Of a stretch of 64,000 bases of DNA, positions 48,300-58,139 are shown piece after piece. This DNA comes from Hadesarchaea archaeon. Its GTDB lineage: Archaea > Hadarchaeota > Hadarchaeia > Hadarchaeales > Hadarchaeaceae. The stretch covers positions 12,104 to 76,103 of the forward strand of contig JAPDJH010000018.1 in assembly GCA_029259175.1 (NCBI GenBank), given 5' to 3'. A model generated the notes under the pieces. It was not told the origin of the DNA and did not search any database. It worked only from the letters and a program-made list of their open reading frames with translations. The first letter of the stretch is position 1, and every line of letters begins with the position of its first letter. A program made the translations under genes and the position numbers.

Positions 48300-48949
48300 A
48301 TGATGGCAAGAAAGAGAAGGAGGAGAAGAAAATGAATAAGCTCGTGGCTTCCACACTGGTTTTATTGCAAGCCAATCCACATCCTCAGCTGAGCTCACAC
48401 TCTCGGCATTATTGACTATGGTTCCATTAGCGGGTGGGAAGACTATGTGGGCTGTATCTGGCTCTGGTTTGAAAGCCACGATAAAGAAAGGTGTGGTTCT
48501 TGAGATTGAGTAATGTGCTAACTCTCATGGGGTGCGTTATCGCATTTTTTGCTAGTTTTTTTATTTTTTTATTATGAATTTTTATCTTCTTCATCTCCGC
48601 CGGTGTGTTTACCGGATTTTTTTCGCTAGAAAAAGTAGAAATCGTTGACGAAAATACCCTTAAAATAACTGTCAAATATGTGGGTGAGGAGTCGGGCGAA
48701 TATGTGCGCGTCCACTCGCGTTTTTTAATCTCAGTATGGAAGGAAAATCAAAGCGCAGAAAATTACACCCCTGTGATGGTATATGCACCGGGAGATCTGT
48801 TGACCTTTTATGTTTATATGCCGGATGCTCATTTTAGCCCCGGAGACAATGTATCAGTCAGTTTAGGAGGGGCGAAGTATTTCGTTTCGGGTGCTGAAGA
48901 TATAGAAAATTGGCGTAAGTGGCGTTATTCCCTTACGGTAACGCTTTAA
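48300..48949 (+). pseudogene. Decayed low-GC membrane-anchored protein gene
   Basis: ORF 48605-48949 is preceded by an in-frame stop and a broken hydrophobic segment. Confidence 0.4.
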
Positions 48950-49014
48950 GGCCGTGATGGTGTGCCGATTTTCCACCTCTAGCTCATATTTCCCCATCGA
49001 CGTGAGCGTGGTAT

Positions 49015-49229
49015 AAGCATACATCGCAATAACTTCACGCCCACCAGCTTCAGAATCTGCTTCTGGGTTTTCGTTGTTGCGATTAGCTTCTCGACCCATC
49101 TTTGGTTGTTACCTTGTACACGTACCTGAGCTCGTCCAAGGCTTGGAGCACCGAGATCTCTTTCTTCACGAGCTTCCGCTGAAGCAGGATCAGGAAAAGG
49201 TAGGCCAGATAGCAGATGTGGAGGTGGCC
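49015..49229 (-). mobile_element. IS1634-like (IS4 superfamily) DDE transposase C-terminal remnant
   Basis: GHLHICYLAYLFLILLQRKL...SVLQALDELRYV, a frameshift, then TTKTQKQILKLVG. Confidence 0.6.
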
Positions 49230-49298
49230 GTGTGAGTTCCGGCCCTAGAAACAGCCTGGAACTGCCAACTTCGGAGGTCAAGACTTCCGAAGAGAGCC
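49226..49298 (+). repeat. Orphan copy of the TnpB element right end (omegaRNA plus TIR)
   Basis: 63/73 identical, ungapped, to 13884-13956. Confidence 0.9.
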
Positions 49299-49325
49299 TT
49301 ATCCCAAGCCTGATTTATTGGTATT

Positions 49326-50297
49326 TCACTCTTTTGCTAGATCGTGTTGAAACACTTCTTGGATGATCTCCATGACTTCACGCCTCGTTGGTCTGCGCGG
49401 AAAGTTGTAGATGGGACCTCGGGGAGACTCGTTGTAAAAGGGACGATTACATCCAGGACAGCCAGAAGTACGGAAGGGTTCGCCTGATTCGATGGTGCTA
49501 AGCAAGACTCGTTCACTTACACCAAAACTCGTGAGTTGGCCATTCTCGAACACCATTTCACCAACGGAACTCACATCTGCTTGGATGAGGTAGTGGGCGA
49601 GCTGGATGCGCCGATAGCTGGCGAGATCCGGGCGCGGATGATCCGCAAGAGCGGTGCCGGGGATGGGAGTGAAAGCGAATAAGCCGACGGTGATCCCGCG
49701 ATCGTGAAGCCACTGAATCATCCTGACCGCCTCCTCCTCGGTTTCACCCAGCCCAATGATTAGGTGAGTGGTGACCGCCCCGGGGAATTCGTCGGAGGCG
49801 AGCTGGAGGGCCCGGAGGTGGGCTTCCCAGGAGTACCCCTCTTTTACTTGGCGGAAGACCCTCGGGGTGCAGGCGTCGAGCGGAAAACATATTCGATCAG
49901 CGCCAGCGCGTTTCAGCTCCCGCATCTCGCCTCGGGACAGCGGTCTTATAGACACAGAGGTGGGCAGATCCGCGGATCGCTTGAGTTTAGAAACTATGAG
50001 CTGGACATCCTCGACCACCCTTGGATAGTTCACACTTTGCACGCACACCCGGTCAAAGCGATTGACACGCCGCTCCATGCGCTCTAGAACGCGGTTGAAA
50101 TCACACGGAGGCCACAGAACACGAGAGAGCATATGCGGATCCGAAGAACTGCGATTGGCTTGGGGGCAGAACTTGCAGTTGGCATGACACCGTCCCTCAT
50201 AGTAGGTGAGAAAGTGGGCGGTCGTGGGAGGTACGTCGACGCGGCCATTCCACAGACCGAGCAGGATTCCCGTACCAAATGCCACACGGACTCTCAC
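49326..50297 (-). CDS. lipS2: Radical SAM lipoyl synthase subunit LipS2
   Basis: CHANCKFC and TSGCPGCNRP motifs; clustered with the lipoate ligase. Confidence 0.8.
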   Translation of the reverse strand: MRVRVAFGTGILLGLWNGRVDVPPTTAHFLTYYEGRCHANCKFCPQANRSSSDPHMLSRVLWPPCDFNRVLERMERRVNRFDRVCVQSVNYPRVVEDVQLIVSKLKRSADLPTSVSIRPLSRGEMRELKRAGADRICFPLDACTPRVFRQVKEGYSWEAHLRALQLASDEFPGAVTTHLIIGLGETEEEAVRMIQWLHDRGITVGLFAFTPIPGTALADHPRPDLASYRRIQLAHYLIQADVSSVGEMVFENGQLTSFGVSERVLLSTIESGEPFRTSGCPGCNRPFYNESPRGPIYNFPRRPTRREVMEIIQEVFQHDLAKE

Positions 50298-51163
50298 GAG
50301 AACTCCTCCAAGAGAGATCTAGGCAAGGAACAGCAAGCGTTGATGGTTTTTATTTTGAAGCCGCTTCTGCGCGCTTCCTTAACGGTGAGGGGAGAGGGCA
50401 ACACCACGCGGCTCGCCCCTGCGCGGAGGACAGCTAGCTCTAGTCTGGAGCGGCCGTTCCCGCGCGGGCGCATGCAGCCCAGAGCCAGTTCCGTGCGAGG
50501 CATGCGTTCGCGTGCATAACGAACAACTTTCACGACATCTGAGGTGGACGGAGGCTTTGCGGCAAAGAGGGGGGTTCCGGGAGTGGGAGTGAGAATCAAA
50601 AACACCAGCACTTCCGGCCCGACTTCGCGCGCGATCTCTACCGCCCGGAACTCTCCAGAAATCTTGCCGGCATTCAGACCAATACAGATGTGTGGCACCA
50701 CATGGGGGACATGCTTTGACATGGTGCGCAGCGCTGAGGAATAGTGGTCGGTCGTCTTTTCGCTCCCCAAGATGGTCGATATTGTCTGGTCATCACCAAT
50801 TAGATCAAAATCCGCAATGTCCACACCGGCGCGCCCAAGTTCGCGGATCAGCCAGGATGGGGGGAGACCCGGATGGATGCTCACGATCAAATTCGTTCTT
50901 TGTTTAATGCGCTCAATCGCGTCGAGAAAGGGTTCGAACGGCACATAGCCTTGGCGGTTGAAACCGCCGCTCAACAAAACACCGCGCGCTCCTTTCGAGG
51001 CGAAACGCTCGCACAGCTCCAAGAGCTTACGAGGATCTGAACACGGAATCATGCCGGAGAGATAGTGAGCGTTGCAGTGCTTGCAGCGGAAGGCGCAGCG
51101 CGTTCCAGTGATTGAAATGGTCGGAAAGGCCGGGTGGGGACGAAAGATAAGCAACCGTGACAT
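50294..51163 (-). CDS. lipS1: Radical SAM lipoyl synthase subunit LipS1
   Basis: CAFRCKHC, GCMR and terminal CC motifs. Confidence 0.8.
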   Translation of the reverse strand: MSRLLIFRPHPAFPTISITGTRCAFRCKHCNAHYLSGMIPCSDPRKLLELCERFASKGARGVLLSGGFNRQGYVPFEPFLDAIERIKQRTNLIVSIHPGLPPSWLIRELGRAGVDIADFDLIGDDQTISTILGSEKTTDHYSSALRTMSKHVPHVVPHICIGLNAGKISGEFRAVEIAREVGPEVLVFLILTPTPGTPLFAAKPPSTSDVVKVVRYARERMPRTELALGCMRPRGNGRSRLELAVLRAGASRVVLPSPLTVKEARRSGFKIKTINACCSLPRSLLEEFS

Positions 51164-51203
51164 CCATCTCGTATGGGGTCAACAACACAAATAAGTAACG
51201 CGG

Positions 51204-52007
51204 TCAGCGTTTTCTTAACCACTCGCTAGATGCGTACTTGGAGCGGAGCTGGGCGGCGAGTTCGAGCTCCTCCTGTGAGAGCTCTCCCTCGACCAAGCGA
51301 ACGCCGAAAGCGTCCTCGAATCCCCTCACCATCGCCCGGTGCACCTCCTCGAAATCTGGTCTCCGCCCGAGTTCGCGCTCAATGGTCGTCACGCGTTCGA
51401 AAATCGAGCTGACGAACTTGTCCGAGATCTTCTCGGGGCTCACGCGCAGAAGTTCAAACATCCGGCGCACGTCCGGGCTGATCAGGATTGTGCCGTGCTG
51501 GAGGACAGAACCCCAGCGGCGGGTTTGAGCGCTGCCGGAAATCTTTTTTCCTTTCACCTGGACGTCGTTGACCGGCCTGAATTCCGCATCCACCCCTAGG
51601 TTTCTAAAACCACTCACCAAGCCCCCGCAGATCAGCCTGTAGGACTCGATGATGTCGCCGGGCACGTCCGATTCCTTGCACACGACGCTGTAGGTCAATT
51701 CGCCGTGATGGTCGTGGAAGACCGCCCCCCCTCCGGTTATCCGGCGAACCACATCGACACCGTAGCGCCTGGCCGCATCGAGAGCCACTTCGCGCTCAAG
51801 GCTCTGAAAGTACCCAATCGACACGGCCGAGGGGCTCCAGCGGTAAAAACGCACGGTGTTCGGGACTTTTCCCTCCGCGTTGAGCTTGAGGATCGCCTCG
51901 TCCAGCGCCATCGCCGTAAAGGCATCGTCGACTCTGAGCGGGAGAAGGCGCCACTCGGATTTTGGAGAGCCTCCTGCATTTGTTATATTTATAACAACTG
52001 AACTCAT
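51204..52007 (-). CDS. lplA: Lipoate-protein ligase A catalytic subunit
   Basis: MALDEA, SIGYFQ, RRITGGGAVFHD, KKISGSAQ and QHGT motifs. Confidence 0.93.
   Translation of the reverse strand: MSSVVINITNAGGSPKSEWRLLPLRVDDAFTAMALDEAILKLNAEGKVPNTVRFYRWSPSAVSIGYFQSLEREVALDAARRYGVDVVRRITGGGAVFHDHHGELTYSVVCKESDVPGDIIESYRLICGGLVSGFRNLGVDAEFRPVNDVQVKGKKISGSAQTRRWGSVLQHGTILISPDVRRMFELLRVSPEKISDKFVSSIFERVTTIERELGRRPDFEEVHRAMVRGFEDAFGVRLVEGELSQEELELAAQLRSKYASSEWLRKR
51980..51997. promoter_or_regulatory. Palindrome copy 1 (TTGTTATAAATATAACAA on the minus strand)
   Basis: Perfect 8-2-8 inverted repeat inside the lplA 5' coding region; identical to copies at 59004 and 60944. Confidence 0.6.
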
Positions 52008-52297
52008 TTCTGCCCACCGCGCGCTGCTCGCAAAATCGCTTCCACCCAGTGCTCCGGCTCCACCATGGGGGTCTGCACACCGCCACTATAGAACTCTTTC
52101 ACAACGGCCAACAGGTTTTCACGACCAACGGGAACACCGATCAGCTTCTGTTCGAGCTGTTCAAGCGCGTCTTCTGGGTACATGAAAAAATCGCCGCCCA
52201 AAGAAATCCGGACAATACGATCGTTCTCGGTTTCGAGCTCGACTTTGATCACGCCTTTTGGGGCCTTAAACTCGGCGTAGCCCATCAGATTTTCCAT
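52004..52297 (-). CDS. Lipoate-protein ligase accessory subunit (LplB-like)
   Basis: KAPKG.IKV and GDFFMYPED..LE..L.G motifs. Confidence 0.85.
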   Translation of the reverse strand: MENLMGYAEFKAPKGVIKVELETENDRIVRISLGGDFFMYPEDALEQLEQKLIGVPVGRENLLAVVKEFYSGGVQTPMVEPEHWVEAILRAARGGQK

Positions 52298-52401
52298 AAC
52301 TATCCACGACTAAAAGCATTATTCAATCAACAAAAATTGAAATTTTCCAAATTTGGTGCACAAACAAATATAAAGTGATTGGGTCCCGAAACGCGGTGTT
52401 C

Positions 52402-53034
52402 CTAAAAGCTGCCTTTTTCACGACACTTGCCTGAACTGCACCATTCCTTGACTGGACAGTCACCACATGCCCTGCGCTTACAGAACTCCAACCCCACTCT
52501 AACGAGGGCTGACTCAAACTCGCTCACTTCTGAAAGCTCGAGTTTCTTCGCTACCCGCTCTGCAAGCGCACATGGCTTTGTCTTCGCTTTCGGCCAAACT
52601 CCGCGGAGCTCTCGAAGAAAGATGTTGACCGCTACTGGACCTATACCTTTCAGCCTCATCAGATCACGCTCGAGTTCACTGGAGTTTCGGGCTTGTCGAT
52701 AAATGTGCTCAAGCCCTCCGCGTTCCTGCAGCGCCTTAACAAGATCCAGAAGAATGGATGCCGTCGAGAAATCATAGCGCACGTAGCCCCCGGCATCGAG
52801 GGCATCGACGAGCGCATCCCACCCGGCTCGCTGGATGGACTCGGGCGTCGTGTATCCCCGACGCTCGAACTCGCGGAAGGTGCGCTTGGCGATCTCGGCC
52901 GAAATCCGCTTGGCGAAGAGGACCGATGCGAGCAGCCACTTGAAGCGGTCGGCGGGCTTGCGCAGATCCAGACCCAGCTCCTGCGAATAGGTGGGGATCC
53001 GGGCGAGCGCTACGCGCAGTCCTCTGCGAACCAC
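52402..53034 (-). CDS. HhH-GPD superfamily protein
   Basis: FKW.LAS.LF..RI, GGYVRYD, LKGIGP....IFLRELR and terminal Cys cluster. Confidence 0.8.
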   Translation of the reverse strand: MVRRGLRVALARIPTYSQELGLDLRKPADRFKWLLASVLFAKRISAEIAKRTFREFERRGYTTPESIQRAGWDALVDALDAGGYVRYDFSTASILLDLVKALQERGGLEHIYRQARNSSELERDLMRLKGIGPVAVNIFLRELRGVWPKAKTKPCALAERVAKKLELSEVSEFESALVRVGLEFCKRRACGDCPVKEWCSSGKCREKGSF

Positions 53035-53499
53035 TCACCTCACCAGCTCGGGGGTCACTGCCCACACCAAAGCCCACCTGCCAGCTTCGTCACGCTCAAA
53101 GCAGAAGACCGCGCCCTGGGTGAAGCGCACGGGCTGGCGCTCGGGATCGCCTGTTAGCAGCAGCCCTGCGAGCTTTGCCAAGTGAGGAAGATGACCAACA
53201 AGCATCAGATCGGATTGCTCCGTACGTAGTTTCTCAGCCCAAGGCCTCGGATCGTCGAGCGGAGTCAAACCAGTGGCCTCCTGCACTCCTTGTTCAGAGT
53301 TCAAGGCACCAGATAGAACCTCAGCCGTTTGTTTAGCACGGAGCTTCCCGCTGTGCACGATTCTGGAAACGCTTAACGACAGTGGTTTGAGGAAATTTGC
53401 AATGCGCTCGATGTCTCTTCTGCCCTCATCAGAAAGCGGGCGAGCGGGGTCTTCTTGTTCTGGTTTTGCCTTCGCGTGTTGAACAAGGTAAAGCTTCAT
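53035..53499 (-). CDS. sixA: Phosphohistidine phosphatase SixA
   Basis: LYLVQHA, RPLS..G, S.KLRAKQTA and VGHLP motifs. Confidence 0.88.
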   Translation of the reverse strand: MKLYLVQHAKAKPEQEDPARPLSDEGRRDIERIANFLKPLSLSVSRIVHSGKLRAKQTAEVLSGALNSEQGVQEATGLTPLDDPRPWAEKLRTEQSDLMLVGHLPHLAKLAGLLLTGDPERQPVRFTQGAVFCFERDEAGRWALVWAVTPELVR

Positions 53500-53627
53500 A
53501 GTGTACCACCCTTTTCTTCTTGGGAAAGAAATCAAAAAAAGGCTGGTTCTGGGCTGGAAATGTTTTATTACCTCAGCGGATTTTTCATGTGGTCCAGAAA
53601 AATCGAGTGTTCAAAAGCTCTGGTCTT

Positions 53628-54410
53628 CTACCTCCAACGCACTAGGATTTCTTCTCGTCCAAACCGTGCTCTGCCCAGCGCCAAAAGACCGACACTCAAA
53701 CACGCCAACAGCGCACCGAAAATCACTATCGAAAGCCAGTTCAGTCTCACAATACCAGCAGTAAAGAGAAAGTAGAAACCCATCGGGGGTAGGACACTCA
53801 GCGCTCCCAACTGCATAGCGGCGCGCACATCGCTCACCTTAGCCGAAATCACAACACAGAAAGAAGTCGCTGCCAAACCCACCAGCGGGCAGAAGACCAG
53901 CAAAACCACCAGCGAAATCCAGTCGGGGAGAAGCAGGCGTCCGAAGAGCGGGAATGTCAGTGCGTCGACGATCACCACAAAACCCGCAAAGGAAATTAAG
54001 GTTGAAAGCATTGCTGGAACGAACGCGCCCATGAGTTTACCCACCAGCAGTTCGGCATCGGTGGTGGGTGTTGCGAGGAGGGGCTCGAGCTGCCGGTTCA
54101 CCTTCTCTCCAACGAATGTGTATGAAGAGATGACCGACGGGATGATCGCCGGTAGAAGCATAAACATAAGCACCGACATTTGAACTAGACCTAGTGCCAT
54201 GGCCTGCTTTGGCTCCAGTCCCGGCACAGCAAAGGAGGGCAAGTCGTTTTCCGTTATCTGTTCGCCCAACAGCACCGGGTAGAGCATGGAAAGGGGGATC
54301 AAAACTGCAAAAATAAGCGGGATTCCTATCAGGCCATATAACACGTAGCGGTGCTTGCGCGCACTTGCTATGTCCTTGCGCGCGATGGTCCAAACCCGAT
54401 CCATCCTCAT
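53628..54410 (-). CDS. ABC-2 type transporter permease
   Basis: GEK....LEPLLATP...L..GK motif; about 6 TMs. Confidence 0.88.
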   Translation of the reverse strand: MRMDRVWTIARKDIASARKHRYVLYGLIGIPLIFAVLIPLSMLYPVLLGEQITENDLPSFAVPGLEPKQAMALGLVQMSVLMFMLLPAIIPSVISSYTFVGEKVNRQLEPLLATPTTDAELLVGKLMGAFVPAMLSTLISFAGFVVIVDALTFPLFGRLLLPDWISLVVLLVFCPLVGLAATSFCVVISAKVSDVRAAMQLGALSVLPPMGFYFLFTAGIVRLNWLSIVIFGALLACLSVGLLALGRARFGREEILVRWR

Positions 54411-55330
54411 GTTGATTCCACCACCTTGAGATAAGCCTCCTCTAAGGAACTCGCTTGCTTCATCCACACGATTTTTCCGCCAGCTTTCACAATGGCGCTT
54501 GCTATCCGCGGATTCACTTCGCTCGAGTCGTCAACTTCCACCGTCAGCGTTCTTTTCCCTCGTTTTACCTTTCGCACCCCGCCGATCCGCCTCACAGCCT
54601 GTAGAATACGGGCGGTTATGCGTTTCAGCTGAATCTCCACCCTCTGGGTGCCGAATTCGCGCTCGAGTTCAGTGGGGGAGCCAACGGTGAGAAGAGAGGT
54701 TTTCAAAATCGCGACACGATCACAGAGCTGCTCCGCCTCGTGCAGATTGTGAGTGCACAACAATATGGTCCGTCCCTTTCGCCTTAGCTTCCGGATGAAC
54801 TCGCGCACCACCTTGGCTGACTCGGGTGCAAGAGAAGCCGTTGGTTCGTCTAGGAACAGAACCTCTGGATCGTGTACAAGCGCTCTTGCAATCGCCACCT
54901 TCTGTTGCATCCCCCTCGAGAACCTGCCCACGGGTTCGTTCCGGCGCTCCCATATGCCCAAGAGCTCAAGCAAATCTCGGATTCTCCTCTTTCGCTCGCT
55001 GGCTGGTACGCCGTAAAGCTTGGCGTAGAAGTCGAGCGTGTAATACGCGCTGAGTTCTGGGTAGAGCCCTGGATTCTCCGGCAACAGCCCGACCACCTCG
55101 CGGATCTTGAGCGCATCTTGGATGATATCGTTGCCAGCAACGAGCGCGGTTCCGGCCGATGGGCGTATCAGGCAGCTCAGCATGCGCACGGTGGTGGTTT
55201 TCCCCGCGCCGTTGGGGCCGAGTAGCGCAAAGACCTCCCCGCGCCGGACCCGGAGCGAGAGATCACGAACGGCCACCGTGTTGCCGAATTTCCTTGTGAG
55301 AGCACGCGTCTCGATTGCGGGCTGTGTCAT
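54407..55330 (-). CDS. ABC transporter ATP-binding protein
   Basis: GPNGAGKT, FSRGM, LDEP and H-loop. Confidence 0.93.
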   Translation of the reverse strand: MTQPAIETRALTRKFGNTVAVRDLSLRVRRGEVFALLGPNGAGKTTTVRMLSCLIRPSAGTALVAGNDIIQDALKIREVVGLLPENPGLYPELSAYYTLDFYAKLYGVPASERKRRIRDLLELLGIWERRNEPVGRFSRGMQQKVAIARALVHDPEVLFLDEPTASLAPESAKVVREFIRKLRRKGRTILLCTHNLHEAEQLCDRVAILKTSLLTVGSPTELEREFGTQRVEIQLKRITARILQAVRRIGGVRKVKRGKRTLTVEVDDSSEVNPRIASAIVKAGGKIVWMKQASSLEEAYLKVVEST

Positions 55331-55470
55331 CTCTAGAACCTGCACTTTTGAAGTAAAAAGGAAATCGAGCAGGGCAAGGTCCAACACAGTGCCCCTGTGT
55401 CCAAATCCACCTACGAAAAAGTTTATGAGAAATATGACAAAAAATCGAACGAAGCGCAAGTAACCGTGTG

Positions 55471-55618
55471 GAAGGAGTTGGGGTCTTACCCCGTTGGTAG
55501 AAAAAATGTGACATCCACCACTGTGTAAGCGCGGTTATGCCCACATCCCGTTTGATACCAAATTAGCACTCCATTTCCACAGATGTCAGCCTCTATTAGT
55601 TGGGGCCCCGACTCCTTC
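55471..55618. other. 148-bp intergenic element with nested inverted repeats (MITE-like or structured RNA)
   Basis: GAAGGAGTTGGGG / CCCCGACTCCTTC ends (12/13) and inner TGACATC / GATGTCA. Confidence 0.45.
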
Positions 55619-55642
55619 TGCTCGCACGGGCGTCCAAACTGA

Positions 55643-56704
55643 TCAGCGCGTGGTGCGGCATTCGCCCACCACGGGGATCCGCCGGCGGCACTTAGGACAG
55701 CGCTGGTTCTCTAGCCTGACCCTGATCACGTCGAAGCCGAAGCGCTCAATCAATAGGGTGCCACAGTCCGGGCAGTAAGTGTTCTCGTAGGGGTGGCCCG
55801 GAACATTTCCCACATAGACAAAATGAATGCCTCTCGAAACAGCGAGTTTCCGGGCACGCTCGAGGACTCCAACCGGAGTGGGCGGGGCCGCAAACCGATA
55901 GGCGGGGTAGTAGGCGGTGAAGTGCAACGGGGTTTCGGCCCCAGCGTAGCGCAAGTGGGATTCGACCACATCCTCGAGCTGTTCGGGGCGGTCGTTGACC
56001 CCGGGGATGACCAGATTCACCACCTCGACGTGCATGCCCAGCCGCCTCGCCTCGCGCACGTTGCGCCACACCGCGCGCACGTCGGCTCCGCAGTACCGCC
56101 GCACCGCCTCCGCGTCGCCTTTCACGTCTACGTTCAGTGCGTCCAGCCCGGCGTCTCGGAGAGCGCGCAGAGCCTCGAGCGTCATGTAGCCGTTGCTCAC
56201 GAAGGTGTTCTGGAAACCGCGCCGGTGGGCCAGTCTGAAGACGTCCAAGGCCCATTCGAAAAGCAAAGTCGGCTCGTTGAAGGAAACGCTCGTGGAGGAA
56301 CACCCTGCGTCTTCCACCATCTGAACGAACCGCTCCGGGCTCACGTACTCCCCGAGTGACGGATCGGGGGCCCGCTTGGAGATGTGCCAGTTCTGACACC
56401 AAGGGCACTCGAAAGTGCACGAAAAGCTGCCGATGGTGAGTGAGCGGCTCCCCGGCCAGAAGTGGAAAAATGGCTTCTTCTCGATGGGATTGGCCGAGAT
56501 CCCGCTCGAGAGGCCGTACTGCAGGGTGAAGAGGGTGCCCCCGGAATTCCGCCTAGTCTTGCAGAAACCCACTTGGCCTTCCGGGATCACGCAACGCCGT
56601 TCGCAGAGCTCGCAGCGCACTTTTGATCCTTCCAATCTGCGGTAGAGAAGAGCCTCGCGAACGTAGGGTGGGGGTGATGTCCCGCTCGCGGTTGGCATAC
56701 ACAT
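55643..56704 (-). CDS. AmmeMemoRadiSam system radical SAM enzyme
   Basis: CELCERRC, PIEKKP..HF.PG, CTFECPWCQN, YVGNV and CPDC motifs. Confidence 0.92.
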   Translation of the reverse strand: MCMPTASGTSPPPYVREALLYRRLEGSKVRCELCERRCVIPEGQVGFCKTRRNSGGTLFTLQYGLSSGISANPIEKKPFFHFWPGSRSLTIGSFSCTFECPWCQNWHISKRAPDPSLGEYVSPERFVQMVEDAGCSSTSVSFNEPTLLFEWALDVFRLAHRRGFQNTFVSNGYMTLEALRALRDAGLDALNVDVKGDAEAVRRYCGADVRAVWRNVREARRLGMHVEVVNLVIPGVNDRPEQLEDVVESHLRYAGAETPLHFTAYYPAYRFAAPPTPVGVLERARKLAVSRGIHFVYVGNVPGHPYENTYCPDCGTLLIERFGFDVIRVRLENQRCPKCRRRIPVVGECRTTR

Positions 56705-56710
56705 TCCTTT

Positions 56711-57229
56711 CTACTTTCTGACCAGCGCCTCCCGCCACGCTCGAACCATCGGTTCGCTTAGATCGCACAGGACGACGCGGGTGAGAGAACTGGCAGTCGG
56801 CTCGAACTCGCGGATTGCCCGCACCATAGCTGCCGCGGCCTGGTCTGCCGGAACCCCTCCAACCCCTGTGCCCATTCCGGGGATGACTATGCTCTCTGCT
56901 CCCAGTTCATTGGCACATCGGAGGGCAGCGAGTGTGGCCTTGTAGACCTTTTCGGCCGTGGTCGCCATTGCGGGCCGTTCCATCGTGGGGGCGTGGACGA
57001 CCCAGCGGGCTTTCAGCCGCCCTGCCGTCGTTGCCACGGCGCGTCCCACTTCAAGCGGAGCGTGCTTGCGCGCCTCGCGCTCGATTTGCTCGCCGCCCGC
57101 ACGCTTGAGAGCTCCGGCCGCTCCCCCACCCATCCACAGCTGCGAGTTGGCGGGGTTCACGATTGCATCCGCTTCTTGCTGGGTCAGGTCTCCCAGCCTC
57201 ACCTCGACTTCGAGTTTACCTACTCGCAT
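56711..57229 (-). CDS. Macro domain (ADP-ribose-binding/hydrolase) protein
   Basis: GDLT, DAIVNPAN...GGG, HAPTM and PGMGTGVGG motifs. Confidence 0.93.
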   Translation of the reverse strand: MRVGKLEVEVRLGDLTQQEADAIVNPANSQLWMGGGAAGALKRAGGEQIEREARKHAPLEVGRAVATTAGRLKARWVVHAPTMERPAMATTAEKVYKATLAALRCANELGAESIVIPGMGTGVGGVPADQAAAAMVRAIREFEPTASSLTRVVLCDLSEPMVRAWREALVRK

Positions 57230-57305
57230 CCAAGTGTAAGAAGACTGACTCCTCTGAAAAAGCTTTTACCTGGACCGGCAGCCCAGCCCGTTGACAAGTT
57301 CCGTT

Positions 57306-57437
57306 TTACTTTTGGTGATTGTTGGGAGTCCCGCAGCGGGGGCAACGGTTCCGATCGTAGTCGAGATCGAGCGGGTATTCGTAGTAGAGACCGCAGTTGG
57401 TGCACACAGTGGGTAAGGATTTCACTTCCGCCGTCAC
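57306..57437 (-). CDS. Small CPxCG-type zinc-finger protein (43 aa, below the ORF-track cutoff)
   Basis: MTAEVKSLPTVCTNCGLYYEYPLDLDYDRNRCPRCGTPNNHQK. Confidence 0.6.
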   Translation of the reverse strand: MTAEVKSLPTVCTNCGLYYEYPLDLDYDRNRCPRCGTPNNHQK

Positions 57438-57658
57438 GGATACCGCCCGTTTTTCGCTTTACGACCCAGTGGCTTTAAAGAAAAAACACGATGACTCTTT
57501 TTCGGTAAACACCGAAACCTATTTAGAGCATAACCGTTCTTTGCTCTAGCTCTCTATCTCGCTCTACCGCGAATAGGATTCGGCTGGGGATTCGCGCTGG
57601 CTATAATTGTCTTTGTGTCCTGCGCAGCAGTGTTGGAACTTCTCCTGCGCACGCTGGC

Positions 57659-58132
57659 TTAAACGAGTGAGCGCATCCAAGGTCTCATCAAATAGCTCAG
57701 CGCCCAAAGACTGCTGACGAAAAGAAGCAGGTGGATGTAAGTGAGGGCATTCCATCCGGAGAGAGCAAACGCGAGAGCGGTGCCGCCGGCAGGTGGGTGC
57801 TCAGTATCGGTTACGACCATTGCGAAGATGGACGCTCCGATTGCCAGCGCTCCGCGAACCGCCTCAGCCCCAGCGGAAGAAGGTAAAAACGCGCACGCTG
57901 CCCCGATCAGAGCACAGATCGCATGGCTTCCAATCGCGTTACGCGCTTTCGCTATGGGGGAGTCAACCATTGCGAAGAGTATGAAGGCGGTCGACCCGAT
58001 AGAGGCGACGAGGATCGCGTGGGCGACCACGCCCCAAAACCACATGATGTCGAGCATTATCACGGTTGCGAGTGCGCTCTGGGCAACGTAGGCGCGCCAG
58101 TTGCGCTTGAAGTGCGGGTCTAGAAGACGCAT
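57659..58132 (-). CDS. HPP family membrane protein
   Basis: ASIGSTAF, RNAIGSH and TEHPPAGG motifs. Confidence 0.88.
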   Translation of the reverse strand: MRLLDPHFKRNWRAYVAQSALATVIMLDIMWFWGVVAHAILVASIGSTAFILFAMVDSPIAKARNAIGSHAICALIGAACAFLPSSAGAEAVRGALAIGASIFAMVVTDTEHPPAGGTALAFALSGWNALTYIHLLLFVSSLWALSYLMRPWMRSLV

Positions 58133-58139
58133 TGGGATC

